Part shown: positions 11,306-23,530 of the stretch, piece by piece
How the letters are laid out: each line of letters opens with the position of its first letter
Numbering within the stretch: the stretch's first letter is position 1
Assembly: GCA_001724265.1 (NCBI GenBank)
Contig: MEDY01000016.1
Location: forward strand, 62,001-126,000
Source of the DNA: Rhizaria sp. SCN 62-66
Taxonomy: Eukaryota
Length of the DNA stretch: 64,000 bases
Direction of reading: 5' to 3'
Position numbers and translations under genes: made by a program
Notes under the pieces: generated by a model
The model's input: only the letters and a program-made list of their open reading frames with translations
What the model was told of the DNA's origin: nothing
The model's database searches: none

Positions 11306-11736
11306 GCAGCTCAGCACTCGGCTAGAGAGGCTGCTGTTGCGACGATGCAACGCATTGTTTGTGATTTGTGAGATATTGCTGTGATAGAAGATAAGAAGTA
11401 TGTTTTTAGTAAGTATTATTGATTTCCCAGTATTTTTTGTTTGTTGCAGGGCTGTAGTTTTTCAAATAAACTCTGTATTACCTAGGTCAATCGTCAAAGT
11501 AGTGTTTCTTTTTCAGTGTCTTGTCCAGCGCCGACTGCCTTGCACTCCGGCAGCATGAGTTTGCTTATCTTTAAGTGACTGTACTGATCTCAATACTCCG
11601 TCAATAGCACTTTCACGATACATCTAAGAGACTAAAATGAATTTCACACATGATCACTATTTTATATCGAATTATACTCACACTATACCTTTGTGCATTT
11701 ACTTTGCGTTCGACTTGTTCGCTTCAGTGCGCAGCC

Positions 11737-14700
11737 ATGTTCCGCGCCGCCTCCGCGCGGTGCCTGCGGCGCGCCCCCGCTCTCTCGCGTCCTCCAGCCC
11801 TCACAGCACCCGCCGCCTTGCAGGCGCTTTTCTTCTCTTCTGCCGCTGCGAGCACAAGCCTTGGTGACGCCGACCTGGCGTCTGTGCGCAACATCGGCGT
11901 CATTGCGCACATCGACGCCGGCAAGACCACGACCTCCGAGCGCATGCTTTTCTACTCGCGCAAAATCCGCGCCATCGGCAACGTCGACAACGGCGACACG
12001 ACGCTTGACTTCCTCGAAGAGGAGCGGCAGCGCGGCATCACGATCCAATCAGCGTGTATCGACTTCCAGTGGGGCGGCGACAAGCGCGTGAGCCTCATCG
12101 ACACGCCCGGCCACGTCGACTTCACCATCGAGGTCGAGCGCTCGCTCCGCGTGCTCGACGGCGCCGTCGGCGTGTTTGATGCCGTCAAGGGAGTGCAGGC
12201 GCAGTCCGAGACTGTCTGGCGCCAGGCGAACCGCCACCACGTGCCGCGCATTGCGTTCATCAACAAAATGGACCGCACCGGCGCCTCATTCGCGCGCGCT
12301 GTCGACTCGATCCGCACCCGCCTGGGCTCCAACCCGCTCCCCGTGCAGCTTCCCTTCTCGCTCCCCTCGGCCGCTATTGGCCCCGCCGCGCGCGCCGTGC
12401 TGGCGGCGTCCTGGCCGGCCTCAGCGCTCCCCAGTGAGGACTCGCGCTGTCTCACTCGGTACGTTGTTGTGAACTCTAACATATCTCGCTATAATCAGTG
12501 TTCCGCTATATATCACTTTAATATAACACGATTTAACAAACATTGGATCTGTATTTGCCGTTTTATGGAGATTTAGTTTTTTTCAATACTCACGACAGGC
12601 TCTAATTTGTATTTTTCTTACGCATCGGTCTTTACTATTCACAGGGAGTTTGCGGGCGCTGTGGAGCTGCCCGAGCTGCGCCTCCGCCTCTGGGCTTCCA
12701 CCGCGGACGGCTCTGACCCCCAGGGCGAGGCGCCTGTTTCCGTGGACCTTGACGGCATCACAAGCACCCAGGGCTCCATGCTCCTGCCCCACTCGGCTAC
12801 AAGCTCTAGCTCCGCCGATAGCGCTGCGAATACGGCGATCGTGAGCTCGGCCGAGTGCGCGGAGCTGATGCTCGCCGCCGCGGCCGCGCGCCGCAGCCTC
12901 ATCGAGTCCCTGGGCGACCTTAACGATGATATCGCGATGGCGTATTTGGAGCACGCAGACGCGACAGCCTCGGCTGCGCCGCCGCTGCCCGCGGGCCCGT
13001 TCCCGCTCTCGTCCGCGGACAGCGCGGCCTTCACCGCCGCCATCAAGGAGCACGCCATGCTCGCCGTCGTCCCGGCCGCGGAGATTCACGCCGCCGTCCG
13101 CGCGGCGACGCTCTCGTCGGGCGTCGTGCCCGTCTTCGCCGGCTCTTCGCTGCGCAACCGAGGCGTGCAGTCGGTCATGGACGCCGTGGTGAGGTACTTA
13201 CCCTCCCCCTTAGACGTCCCCGCGCTCACGGTCGTCCCCGTCGAAGGCGCCGACGGGCACGGGCGCAAGGGCCGCGGCGCCCGCGCTTCCAAGCAGCAAC
13301 AACAACAGCAGCAGCAACAGCAGCAGCCGAGCGCGACTGACTGTGCGGCCGTGGCGACGATCGCGCTACCGCCCTCGTCGGCGGGCCCTCTGTGCGCGCT
13401 CGCCTTCAAGGTGACGCACGACCCGCAGCGCGGCCCGATTGTCTTCGTGCGCGTCTTCTCCGGCACGCTGCGCAACAAGGAGAGCGTGGTCAACGTGCGC
13501 GCGTCGGTTGAGGCCGCGCGCGCTAAGGTCGCCGAGGCGGAGCAGATTGCCGCCGCGGCCGCTGCGGCGACGGCCGGGAATAGTAAGCCCTCTGCCGCCG
13601 CCGCCGCTGCGGCTGCGAGTACGAGCGGCGGCAAGCTCGGCGAGCTCGTGCTGGTGAAGGAGCGCCCCACGCGTCTGCTTGAGATCGAGGCTGACGAAAG
13701 CAACGACTTGTCCGAGGTGCGCGCGGGCAACATCTGCGCTATCGTGGGGCTCAAGAACACCAAAACGGGCGACACGCTCGTGGGACTGACGCAGCCGGGC
13801 GCGAACAAACCGTTCCTGGTCGAGCTCCCGGGCATCAAGGTGCCCGAGCCGGTCTTCTTCTGCTCCGTGGAGCCCGCGACAGCGGCTGGACAGAAGGACC
13901 TGGACCGCGCGCTGTCGATCCTGGCGCTCGACGACCCGTCGCTGCGCGTCGAGGCCGACGCGGAGACGGGGCAGACGGTGATGAAGGGCATGGGCGAGCT
14001 GCACCTCGAGGTCGTCAAGCACCGTCTGGAGCAGGAGTTCAAGCTCGACGTCTGGGTGGGCAAGATGCTCATCTCGTACCGCGAGACCGTCGCCGACGCG
14101 TCCGAGTACGAGCATACCCACGCCATCACGAGCTCCGCGGGCGTCCCCACGGGCGCCTCGGTGCGCATCGCGCTTGCGCTGGTGCCGCAGCTGGACCTGG
14201 CCGACGAGGCCCGCTGTGGCACCTCCGGCTCCGAGCCTGTGGCCGTGGACTGTACCGACTACGCCCACCCCGCCGGCGCTGTCGTTCCCGCCGAAGAAAC
14301 CGCCAACGGCGTTGAGGAGACCGTACTCGCGCTTGACGAGGCGCTGCTCACGGTTGCCGACGACGGCGTGCTGCGTGCCGCCGCGCGCGGGCCCGCGCTG
14401 GGCGCGCCGTTGACGGCCATGGGCGTCAAGCTGCTCTCGGTGCGGCTCTGCGGCGCGCCGGGCGCGGCGCCCACCGCGGCGCTTGCGGCGCAGGCCGGCG
14501 GGCTGACCGTGGGACAGCTCACAGCCGCCGTGTCGCGCGCGGTTACCGAGGCCGTGCGCGCGGCCGGGTCCACGGTGCTGGAGCCCGTGATGCGCACCGA
14601 GGTGTCGTGCGGAGAGGACCAGGTACGGCAGCTATTAGATAACATGAACTCTAATTGGCTTGATTTCAATCTATCTCTTGAATCAACGACAAAGCAACAT

Positions 14701-15088
14701 CGAAATAAGCATTTAACGTGTCATTGTAATTGATCTAACATTTTTCCTTCAAACTGTGATGTACCGCCAAATTTCTTTTCTTTCTCGCACCAACAAACAG
14801 GTCGGCCCCGTGCTGAGTGACCTCGCTTCGAAGCGCCGCGGCCAGGTCCGCCAGGTCCTCTCCGGCTCCTCCGCCGAGACTGCCAACACCAGCTCCAGCA
14901 GTGGCAGTAGCAGCAACAGCGCGGTGCCCGAGCAGGCCGTGATCCTGGCTGACACGCCGCTGGCGGAGCTGCGTGACTACGCAACCGCGCTGCGCTCGGT
15001 CACCGCCGGCTCGGGCTCGTTCGCGATGGAGTTTGCAGAGTTCAGGCCCGTGCCGCAACACGTCGTTACTGCGCTGCAGAAGAACTGA
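11737..15088 (+). CDS. GFM2: Mitochondrial elongation factor G2 / ribosome-releasing factor 2, 3 exons (11737-12458, 12645-14622, 14801-15088)
   Basis: [58 protein letters not shown] and [15 protein letters not shown]. Arg/Ala-rich presequence. Stop TGA. Confidence 0.85.
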
Positions 15089-15590
15089 ACAAGACTGCAG
15101 CGGAACAGAGTGGTGCTCTTACAGACACTCGTGATTATCTTCGTTTGTTGTTGGTGACTTTTGTTTAAGTTTGGATTGCATGTGTTTTTCCACCGTATAT
15201 TTATTGCTATCTATGGCCAAATGCAATATATTTACAATACATCTGGCAACATTTACTAAGTTTGATAGTCAGTTAGTTTTGTGATGAATTTCAGTTGGGT
15301 GTATTGACCAACGACTCGTGGCCTTTAACCATATGGTAAAGAGTCTTGGCGTGCGTGTTCCTTAAAGTGTACGCAGATATTAGATGCACAGAGAGGTGCA
15401 TATTCAATAAAAAATGCGGTGATAGTTTCCACTGATAATAAATAGTGTTATATACACACTGGCCATCACAGCCATAGTAATAAAATTGTACACGTCGCAG
15501 CTTGTGATTGTAATTCTTATAGAGTTGCTCCTTGTTGCCTGTCGCCGCAGTCAGTCAGCCAGTTCAGCAATCCGTTCGCTCGCGCCCCTC

Positions 15591-16879
15591 TCACGCACTC
15601 ATCCCAACGGCAGCAGCGGGCGCGGGCAGCGGGTAGTCACGCGGCAGCAGCTCCTTCGTCCCCATCGCGTCCGCGCCGCCCGCCGCCTCAAGCAGCGCCT
15701 CGGCCTCGGCGAATCCCACCTAGGCCAAATCGAACAGCTCCGCGGCCCGCGCCAGCACGGCGCGCTCAAACACGCACTCGGCGGGGGCCGCGGCACGTGT
15801 GACCACGCCCGCGGCGGCCGCGGCCAGCGCGGCGGCCGACTGGGGCGCGTCGGCGCGCGCATCCAGCGCAGTTTTGCTGAGGAAAGTCGTCATGTCGCAG
15901 AGGAAGTCGCTGTGCGAGCGCGCGCCGCGGTACGCGGGGCGCTTGGCGGGCAGCGTGAGGTACTGCGCCATGGGCTCCGTCGCCAGCCGCCACAGGAACG
16001 AAGTGTGCTGTGTCGGAGTGTACAAATGTCAAAACAGGAACGTGTGAAAGATGATACAGTTGTGAGCATATCGATGGTATGAATGATTTTCAAAGCAAAA
16101 CTTCAAAGAAACACGTGAAAATATTCGTGGTATATCATTTGTCAAATTCAGAAGATTTTTAAATATTTTAATTCTGCATCAGAACGTACGTGCACCCAGC
16201 GCTCGCGAATGATGGACTGCGCGTTGCCGCCCACCTTCTTCTCGCCCATGCAGTAGTCGTTTTCTTTGAGGTTGAAAGAGCGCAGCAGCTCGGCGGAGGC
16301 ATCGTCAAGTGCGAAGTCCTTAGCGAGAGACTCGAACGCAGGCCTACAGTGCAGTTTAGGTCCGTGCCGACAAGGGTGTGTAAGAGTGAGAGCGCGAGTC
16401 AAAGTCACGGAATGCATTGTTTAGTCTCGACATACAGGGATATAAAAGCAAAGTAAGAGCAAATAACAATACAAATCGCAACAAAATGCACAAATACATC
16501 GGTTTTGTTTCACTTATACGTACTTGTAGATGAGTTCGGTGAACTTCATGATGTCGTGCGGGTACGGCTTGACGTCCGGCAGCGCCGTCTTGTTCATGAT
16601 CAGCGACGTGAACTTCACGTTGTCGTCCACGAACACCGTGCCGCCGCCGGTAAAGCGCTTGATAAGCGGGATTTCGTCGTTTTCGGCGTTGTCGACGTTG
16701 ACTAGCTCGCGCGGCTTGCCCGAGATGCCGAGGATGACTGCGCGATGGTGCGGCAGAGAGCGGTTGAAGCACAGGAAGTTGCGCTTCGCGGGGTCGTGCC
16801 GCAGGAGGGTCTCTTCGATGTACAGCATGCGCTTGGCGTCCACGCGCGGCATGCGCAGGATGTGAAGCGTGGGGCGCAT
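15591..16879 (-). CDS. Lipoate-protein ligase A-like (BPL/LPL family), 3 exons (16879-16524, 16343-16190, 16007-15591), with in-frame TAG at 15720-15722
   Basis: Motifs IKRFTGGGTVFVD, ENDYCMGEKKVGGNAQSI and WVHHTSFLW. GC-rich coding-like sequence continues 42 codons past the TAG to a TGA at 15591-15593. The family call is firm; the 3' end depends on TAG decoding. Confidence 0.85.
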
Positions 16880-17202
16880 CACGAGAGGTAGCGAAGAATG
16901 AGAGTGCGATTGGCCGAGAAGGGAAAGGGGAAGTGGCTGTGTTTGCGTGGGGCAAGGGAAGAACGGAAAAAGAGTTCTTGAGCGGTTATAGGACTATATT
17001 ACAAGTTTCTTGAAATAAATAATGTGCAATAAAACAACTTGATATCTAGTTTGTTTTCCATTTCCTATTCAACGGATGTTCCAACTCACTGGCATCGTAT
17101 TTATCTCGTCGCACTTTACTGCCCACTGTCCCGATTCGCCTGACGTGGCATCGGAACAAAACACCCAGTTCCCTAGCTTCTGCCACTCGCTTTCCCGCAC
17201 CG

Positions 17203-18522
17203 ATGCTCAATTACGCTCTGCCGGTCCTTGTGGCCGTCGTGATTGGTGCCATTGGTCTCATGGCCCCTCAGCGCTGGTTCGAGCCGACGATTTTCGAGGC
17301 CGCGTACCGCAACGACCTGTACGCGCTGCTGGCGCACGCCTACGACGCGACCAACACGACGACACCCGACGGCGCCGCGCTCGCGACCGACTCCGCGGCC
17401 GTGCCCGCGCCCGTCTCGGCCTTCCTGCTTGCCCACCGCGACCACTTTGGCAACTCGGCGCTGCACTGGGCCTCGAAGGCAGCCGGCAACACCGCCGTGA
17501 TGCCGTTCCTACTCTCGCTCCCGCACGCCACGCCCAACGTCACCAACGCGGCCGGCACGGCCCCACTGCACTGGGCCGCGGCCACGGGCGACGCTGCGGC
17601 CGTGACGGCGCTGCTGGCCGCGGGAGCCGACGTCAACGCGCCCAGCGCGCGCCAGGAGCGGCCCCTGCACTGGGCGGTCGAGTGGCTCAACGTCGCGGCT
17701 GTGCGCGCGCTTCTGGCCACCGTGCCGCTGCCCGCCGCCAAGGCAGACTCGCTCTCGGCTACGGTCTCCGCCACCGCAGCTGCGGCCGCGAGCGCTTCTG
17801 CGGGCAAGAGCAAGAGCAGCGGCAAGGGCACAGCCACTGCGAGTGCTGCTCGTGCTGGCGCTGAAGTTGATCTTGCTGCGACCGACGCTGGCTTTGTCAT
17901 GTCTGCCGCGGGCGGGCCGGTGCTCGCGGCCGCCCGCGCGCGGCTGAACCTGTCTGCGGTGGACGAGCAAGGCGACACGGCGCTGCACCGCGTGCGCACC
18001 GACTGCCACACTCAGTGGCGCTGCGTGCGCATCGTGTCGCTGCTGTTGCGCGCGGGGGCTGAGATGGGCGCGCAGAACGTCTACAAGCGGTCGCCGTTGC
18101 AGCACTTTGTGACGACGCACGTTCCGCCGCAGTCGGACAGGGACTTGGACGACGTGGAGCTCGACGATGGCCCTCGTGAGAGTGACGGTGACGGTGAGAT
18201 TCCTATTCTGGACAGCGATGATGTCGACAGTGAAAGCAACGGCGAGAGCGTTGTTCGTCACACTGCGAGTGATAGTGGTGTTGTTGCGACTGGCGACGAC
18301 ATCACAGCCACGGACGTGAATAATGCCGTGGAGACTGCTGATGCCGATGCTAACAGTGCTCCTGCTGGTGCTCATGCCGGTGTTCCTGCTGCTGTTGGTG
18401 CTCGTGCTGCAGATGAAAGTGTTGATGAGGGTGAGGACGACAGCGCCTTGCTTGAGAGGGCTGCACGCAGGAGGGAGAAGATTGCGCAGAAACACACGAG
18501 CAAAGTCAACACAGCGCAGTGA
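17203..18522 (+). CDS. Ankyrin-repeat protein with N-terminal hydrophobic signal/anchor and acidic tail
   Basis: GNSALHWA, GTAPLHWAA, ERPLHWAV and GDTALH repeats. Residues ~4-21 are hydrophobic. Stop TGA. Confidence 0.85.
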   Translation: MLNYALPVLVAVVIGAIGLMAPQRWFEPTIFEAAYRNDLYALLAHAYDATNTTTPDGAALATDSAAVPAPVSAFLLAHRDHFGNSALHWASKAAGNTAVMPFLLSLPHATPNVTNAAGTAPLHWAAATGDAAAVTALLAAGADVNAPSARQERPLHWAVEWLNVAAVRALLATVPLPAAKADSLSATVSATAAAAASASAGKSKSSGKGTATASAARAGAEVDLAATDAGFVMSAAGGPVLAAARARLNLSAVDEQGDTALHRVRTDCHTQWRCVRIVSLLLRAGAEMGAQNVYKRSPLQHFVTTHVPPQSDRDLDDVELDDGPRESDGDGEIPILDSDDVDSESNGESVVRHTASDSGVVATGDDITATDVNNAVETADADANSAPAGAHAGVPAAVGARAADESVDEGEDDSALLERAARRREKIAQKHTSKVNTAQ

Positions 18523-18775
18523 GCAAGTGCAGACTTGAGACAGTCTCAACGCTTTGTGAGACAAGCAAGCTGACAGGCCAACTCGCTGCGCTGCTGGTCA
18601 GTCCAGCAACGCGTTACTTAGAAAAAAAACACACAGATTCGAGAATGAATAGAATACAAAAAGATTTGTTTATTATCGTACTTCAAAATACTTGTTTAAA
18701 CATAAAATAAAAGCAAATGTTGTGTTCGCGACGTGAAAGCGAGTCAGTTTGCGTGCATCCATCCAGCCGGTGTGT

Positions 18776-21700
18776 TTAGGGGATGATGGCATCGAGCCGC
18801 ATGAGCTCAAGCCGGACGCTGCGGCCGACGTGGTCGAGCTCGTTGTTGAGCACGAACGTGGTGAGCGCCTTGCAGCGCACGCGCACGCTCTCGACCTCGC
18901 TCTGCGCCTGCGCCGTGGCCATGGCGCCCGTGGCCGTGGCCGTGGCCGCCGCAAACCGGGCCCCCAGCACGCGCGCGGCCGCCAGCACCAGCGCGCCGGA
19001 GGTGCGGCGCAGGATCGGGTGCAGCGCGGCAAACCGCTGCGCCGCGGCCGCGGTGGCGGCGGGGACGGGCGCGGTCGGAAACAGCCCGAGCGCGTCGAGC
19101 GCGCGCAGGGCGTGCTCGGTGCGCGCGGGTCCCGCGTCGACCTCGGTCACTAGCGCGGCCGCCGCCGTCGCGAGCATGAGGTTGCTGACGAGGTGCGACA
19201 GCCGCGCCGCGCCCTCGCCCTCGCTCTCGCCCTCGCTGTTCCCGCCGTCAAAGCCGTTACTGTCGTAAGCCGCGCTGCCGTCGGCCGCGCCGTGGGCCTT
19301 GATGAAGGCCTTGGCGTTGGCGACGGCGAGCGCGAGCGCCGCGTTGCCGCGCCCCGCCACGGTCCCCGAGGGCGCGAGCAGCGCCGTGACGGTGGACTCG
19401 AGCAGCAGCGTGGCGGCGGCGACGGGCCGGTGCGCGAGCGCGAGCAGCGAGGCGGCGTCGGCGGGCCGGTCCGCCTGCAGCAGCTGCTCGGCCGCGTTGC
19501 ACAGCAGCGCGCACGCCGCGGGCAAGTCGTAGCACGCGGGCAGCAGCCCCACGGTAGCGAGCGCGCGCAGCCCCAGCCAGGGCGTGCGCAGCGTGCCCAC
19601 CAGCACGTCGAGCGCGGCGGGCGTGCCCGCGACCAGCAGCGCTGCCACGTGCGGCGCGTCGACGCCCAACGCTGTGGCGTCGGCGCGCGCGGCGCCCGGC
19701 GCGCAGGCCGCGGCGACGGCGGCCGCGCTCGCGTGCGCGTTGGCGGCGCTGTTGAGCATGGCGGCCGCGCCGACGACGGCGGCGTTGCCCGCGACTGGCA
19801 GCAGCCGCAGCGCGTAGAGGTAGTAGAAGGCGGCGGCGGGCTGCGCGGCGACGAGCGTCTGCACGTAGCGCAGGATGACGAGCGCGGCGTTGAGCGCGAA
19901 GGTCACGCCCGCGACCGCGCCCGGCGCGGCGGGCAGCGGCACGAGCACGGGCTCGGCAGGCTCGGCGACGCGGATAAGGCTGTAGTGCGCCAGCGCGATG
20001 GTCAGGTGCGCGGCCATGCGCGCGTCGACGCGCGCGAGGTACGCCGCAGCCTGCTCAAAGAGCTGCGCCATGAGCAGCACGCGCACATAGAGCAGCGGCG
20101 CCGTGCCCTCGGGGTTGAAGTGGGCCTCGCCGAGCTTGAGCACCTGCGCCTGCAGCGAGGCGAGCGAAAGCCGCGCCTGGGCCTGCGCGTGCGTGGCGCC
20201 ATCGAGCGCGACGAACCACTCAGGCAGGTCCGCAGACTCGGTCCACGCCAGACAGAGCTTGCCCCAGAGGTAGTCGTCGATGTTGACGAGCACGAAGGGC
20301 GTGAGCAGCGACCGCTGGACGGCCGCGTCGACCTTGAACCGGCCCAGCAGGTGGTACAGCGCCACGCGGAACGGCTCCTGCACTTCGCTAGTACTGCTGC
20401 TGCTGCTGCTGCTGCCGGAGGAATACAGCCCCATCTCGTCGTGGAGCGCGCGCCACACGGGCGCGAGCGGCTGCCCGCGCGCGCGCAGGGCCAGCGCGTC
20501 TGCGAGGGCGCGCGCATGCGGGAGGTGCTCCGAGACGTACCACGCCGCCGCACGGACGGCGCCGGCGCGCAGCAGGCAGAACACGCGCGCCCACGGCGAC
20601 GCTGGGCTGGTCGGCGCGGCCACCTGCTGCTGCTGCTGCTGTGCGTTGCATGCGCTGTGGAAGGCCTGGTAGGCGCGGTGGCCGTCGGCGAGGCGCGTCT
20701 TGAACTCACTGCTGGCGACAAAGCCCTCGACGTCGGCAACGATGGCGCGGATGGCGCGCGGGTCCGCAGACTCGCGGTCCCAGGCGGCCGTGGGCGCGGC
20801 ACCGAGACGCGCGGCGACCGTCTGCAGGGCCGGGGACTGTGCGAGGACGCCGCGGATGTGCTGCTCAAAGAGGGACTCGGCGAAGGCGCGCGCGCCCGCC
20901 GCCAGGTGCGCGCGCAGGTGCTGCGGGTGCGCCGCGCGGGCCGCGGCCGCCGCGGGCGTGGGCAGCAGCAGTGGGGCCGTATTGTGCGGCTCCAGCCCGG
21001 CGGTGTTGAAGGGCAGTCCGATCGCGGAGCCGGCGAGCGCAGAGGCGGCCGCGGTGGCCGAGGTGCCGACGCTGGTCATGCTCGCCAGCAGAGCCCAGCA
21101 GTCGTGGACGTCGCTGGGCGGGAGCGTGAGGTCGGCGTCGAGCGCGGGGGCCGCCGCGGAGGCGGGGTCGGCGCCGAGGCGGGCCGACTCGGCGGCGTCG
21201 GCCGCGTCGCAGTAGTAGGCGGCCAGGGGAAAGTGTGAGGCCGAGTCCGTCTGCGGGTGGTCCAGGCGCGCCACGGAGAACGCGGAGATTACGCGAGAGT
21301 AGATGTCGCGCTCGGCGTCTGACAGCGGCGAGGATGACGACGAGGACGACGAGGACGAGGTGGCCAGAGCGGTCGAGGACGAAGATGTGGACGGGGTCAT
21401 TGAGTAGGCAGACGAAGTCGCCTCGGAAAGAACATCGTTCATCTGTTTTGGATAAAAAACAAATTGAATGTGTAAAAATCGTATAGGTTAACTTGATATT
21501 TTGAAAAGATCGATTTGAGTGTTGATTTCATAGTGATATAGTTGTTTGAAGGAAAGAGAGCTGTTGGGCGCCGTACCTGGAAGTTCATGGACTCGAGGAT
21601 GTCGCGCTTCGCGGCAGCCCAGTCGTCGTCAAGACGCGCGACGTAGTGCTGATGGAAAGCATTGGCGTTGATGCGGGCGCACTCTTCAACGGCGGAGGAG

Positions 21701-22008
21701 ATAAGCATCTCGTGCTGGTGCTCGAGGAACGAGTCCACGTCGAGGTCCTCGGCGGGCTCGATAATCTCCTGGCTGGCGGCGACGCGCAGCTGCTGCATAG
21801 CAGACGAGTGCTTACTGAGATCAATGCCCTTGGAGGCAAAGAACATGTGCGCGTTGAGCTCAGCATTCGGGTCGGGCTTCTGTGCAAGCTTGCGCGTGGC
21901 GTTGATGAGCTGCGTCAGGTTGCGCGACTGGAGGGTGAGCCGTTGACTGGCCAAGAGGTTCTGCGACTTGGCCAAAACAGGGCCGAAGCCTGGGTCGACA
22001 GACGACAT
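18776..22008 (-). CDS. NUP93: Nucleoporin Nup93/Nic96, 2 exons (22008-21577, 21442-18776)
   Basis: N-terminal coiled coil DVDSFLEHQHEMLISSAVEE...WAAAKRDIL, then WARVFCLLRAG, IDDYLWGKL, GEAHF, LLYVRVLLMAQLFEQA and HLTIALAHYSL. Stop TAA. Confidence 0.85.
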
Positions 22009-22561
22009 TATTAACAGATAATGTACTCTGTGTGCTGTTAGTCAGATAACAGGCTGTAAAAACCTATCAGCTAACGAAAAGCAGGCAGGCAATTCAATCG
22101 TAATTCGGCTCCAACTGACCGTCCTCACGCACCGGCGGAGGCGCCAGTCCGCCGGCTCGTCCCACAGTCACTTTGCACCAAATTTGACAATTTTTATAAG
22201 CATGTTTAAAACGTTTTCATGTCATCTCGTAGTAATACTAGAAAATACTATTTATCTATAGAGTTCACACCAAAAAATAGTAAATTATCTGAATCACAAG
22301 TGCTTTATTGAGAAAAATCCAGGTCAGGAGTAAACGTAACTCCTGTTACCCCAGCTGGTTAAGTGGCCCGAAGAGAGCACAAGCGTTCAAGTGCTCCAGA
22401 TGGCCAGAAGATTTAGGTGAAAAATAAAGTGATCTACATTGTGAATCGTGTTTGATGTTCCAGAAAAATCGATAAGTTCGTTTCAGTCGCCATTTAAGCA
22501 GCGATGCTATCGCGCAAAGACACAGCATTGCAGCTGACGCGGCGGCAAATCAGCGCATACT

Positions 22562-23070
22562 TCACTTCTTCTTTGCGGCCTGCTTGTGCGCGTTCATCTG
22601 GATGGAACTCGCGCGCGCCTTGAGCTTGTTGACGCGCGCTGTGATGCTCTGCATCTGTTTGGCCATGCGCGCAGCCTTCTCGGTGTAGGCCTCCATCTTG
22701 CCGAACACCGGCGCCACGGCTTCGAGCGCAGAGCTCAGGTCCTCGTCGTAGTGCTTGCGCTCCTTGGACAGTGCCGCCAGGGTCTCCTCCTGCAGTTGTC
22801 TGTGTACGCAAGCGCGATGAGAAAAGGCGAGTTCGATAAGAGAGAAAGAGATCGAGAGTTGTTTTGAGAGTGAGTCGAGACATGGACGAGAGAAAATGGC
22901 TGGGAAAGACAAGGAGAAGTGACGTACTGGAGCTCTTGAATGGCCTGAGCAAGAGCGGTTGTGGGAACCGAGAGGTCAAAGAAGGCCTCGGTGACCTTCA
23001 TGAGCTCTTGCTCGCGCGCCGACGCGGGCTCGATTTCGAGCTGGGAGATATCGAGCACTGCCTCGGACAT
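22562..23070 (-). CDS. Small coiled-coil protein, Snapin/Pallidin (BLOC-1 subunit)-like, 2 exons (23070-22928, 22799-22562)
   Basis: Splicing a GTACGT...CAG intron gives a ~126-aa helical protein with YTEKAARMAKQMQSITARVNKLKARASSIQ, resembling the Snapin/Pallidin family. Stop TGA. Confidence 0.55.
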
Positions 23071-23530
23071 CTCAGAGGCCTGTAGCAGGAGGTAACCAGG
23101 ACTTGGTGAGTTTTTGTAAAAATATAATAGATAATAGAAAATATTATTACAGGATTAGGTCTCTATAGATGCATTAACGGACACATGGCCGAGTTCTACA
23201 TGAAAACAAATATGCAGGGTCGGGGCCACGAGGTGCACGGTCACTTGGATGGTACCAAGTGGAGCTAATTTTCGGCTTGCTTTATCTCTACAGTTCCTTC
23301 GTCAATAAGGACATGTGCCTTTGCAGCGAGAGTTTAATTTGTATAGATTTTAATTCAATTATTCAAGTTAACTAATATTGCTATCTTCTCTCCACGGCAC
23401 CCCCTCTCCCGCCACAGGTCGTTCAGCTCTTTCTCTAACCGTCGCAACAACTGAGTGGTTTGATAGTTTCTGTCTCACTCTAGTCCTATTGCGCAGAGGC
23501 CTCCGCTACCCTCTCCTTACATATTCTCTG

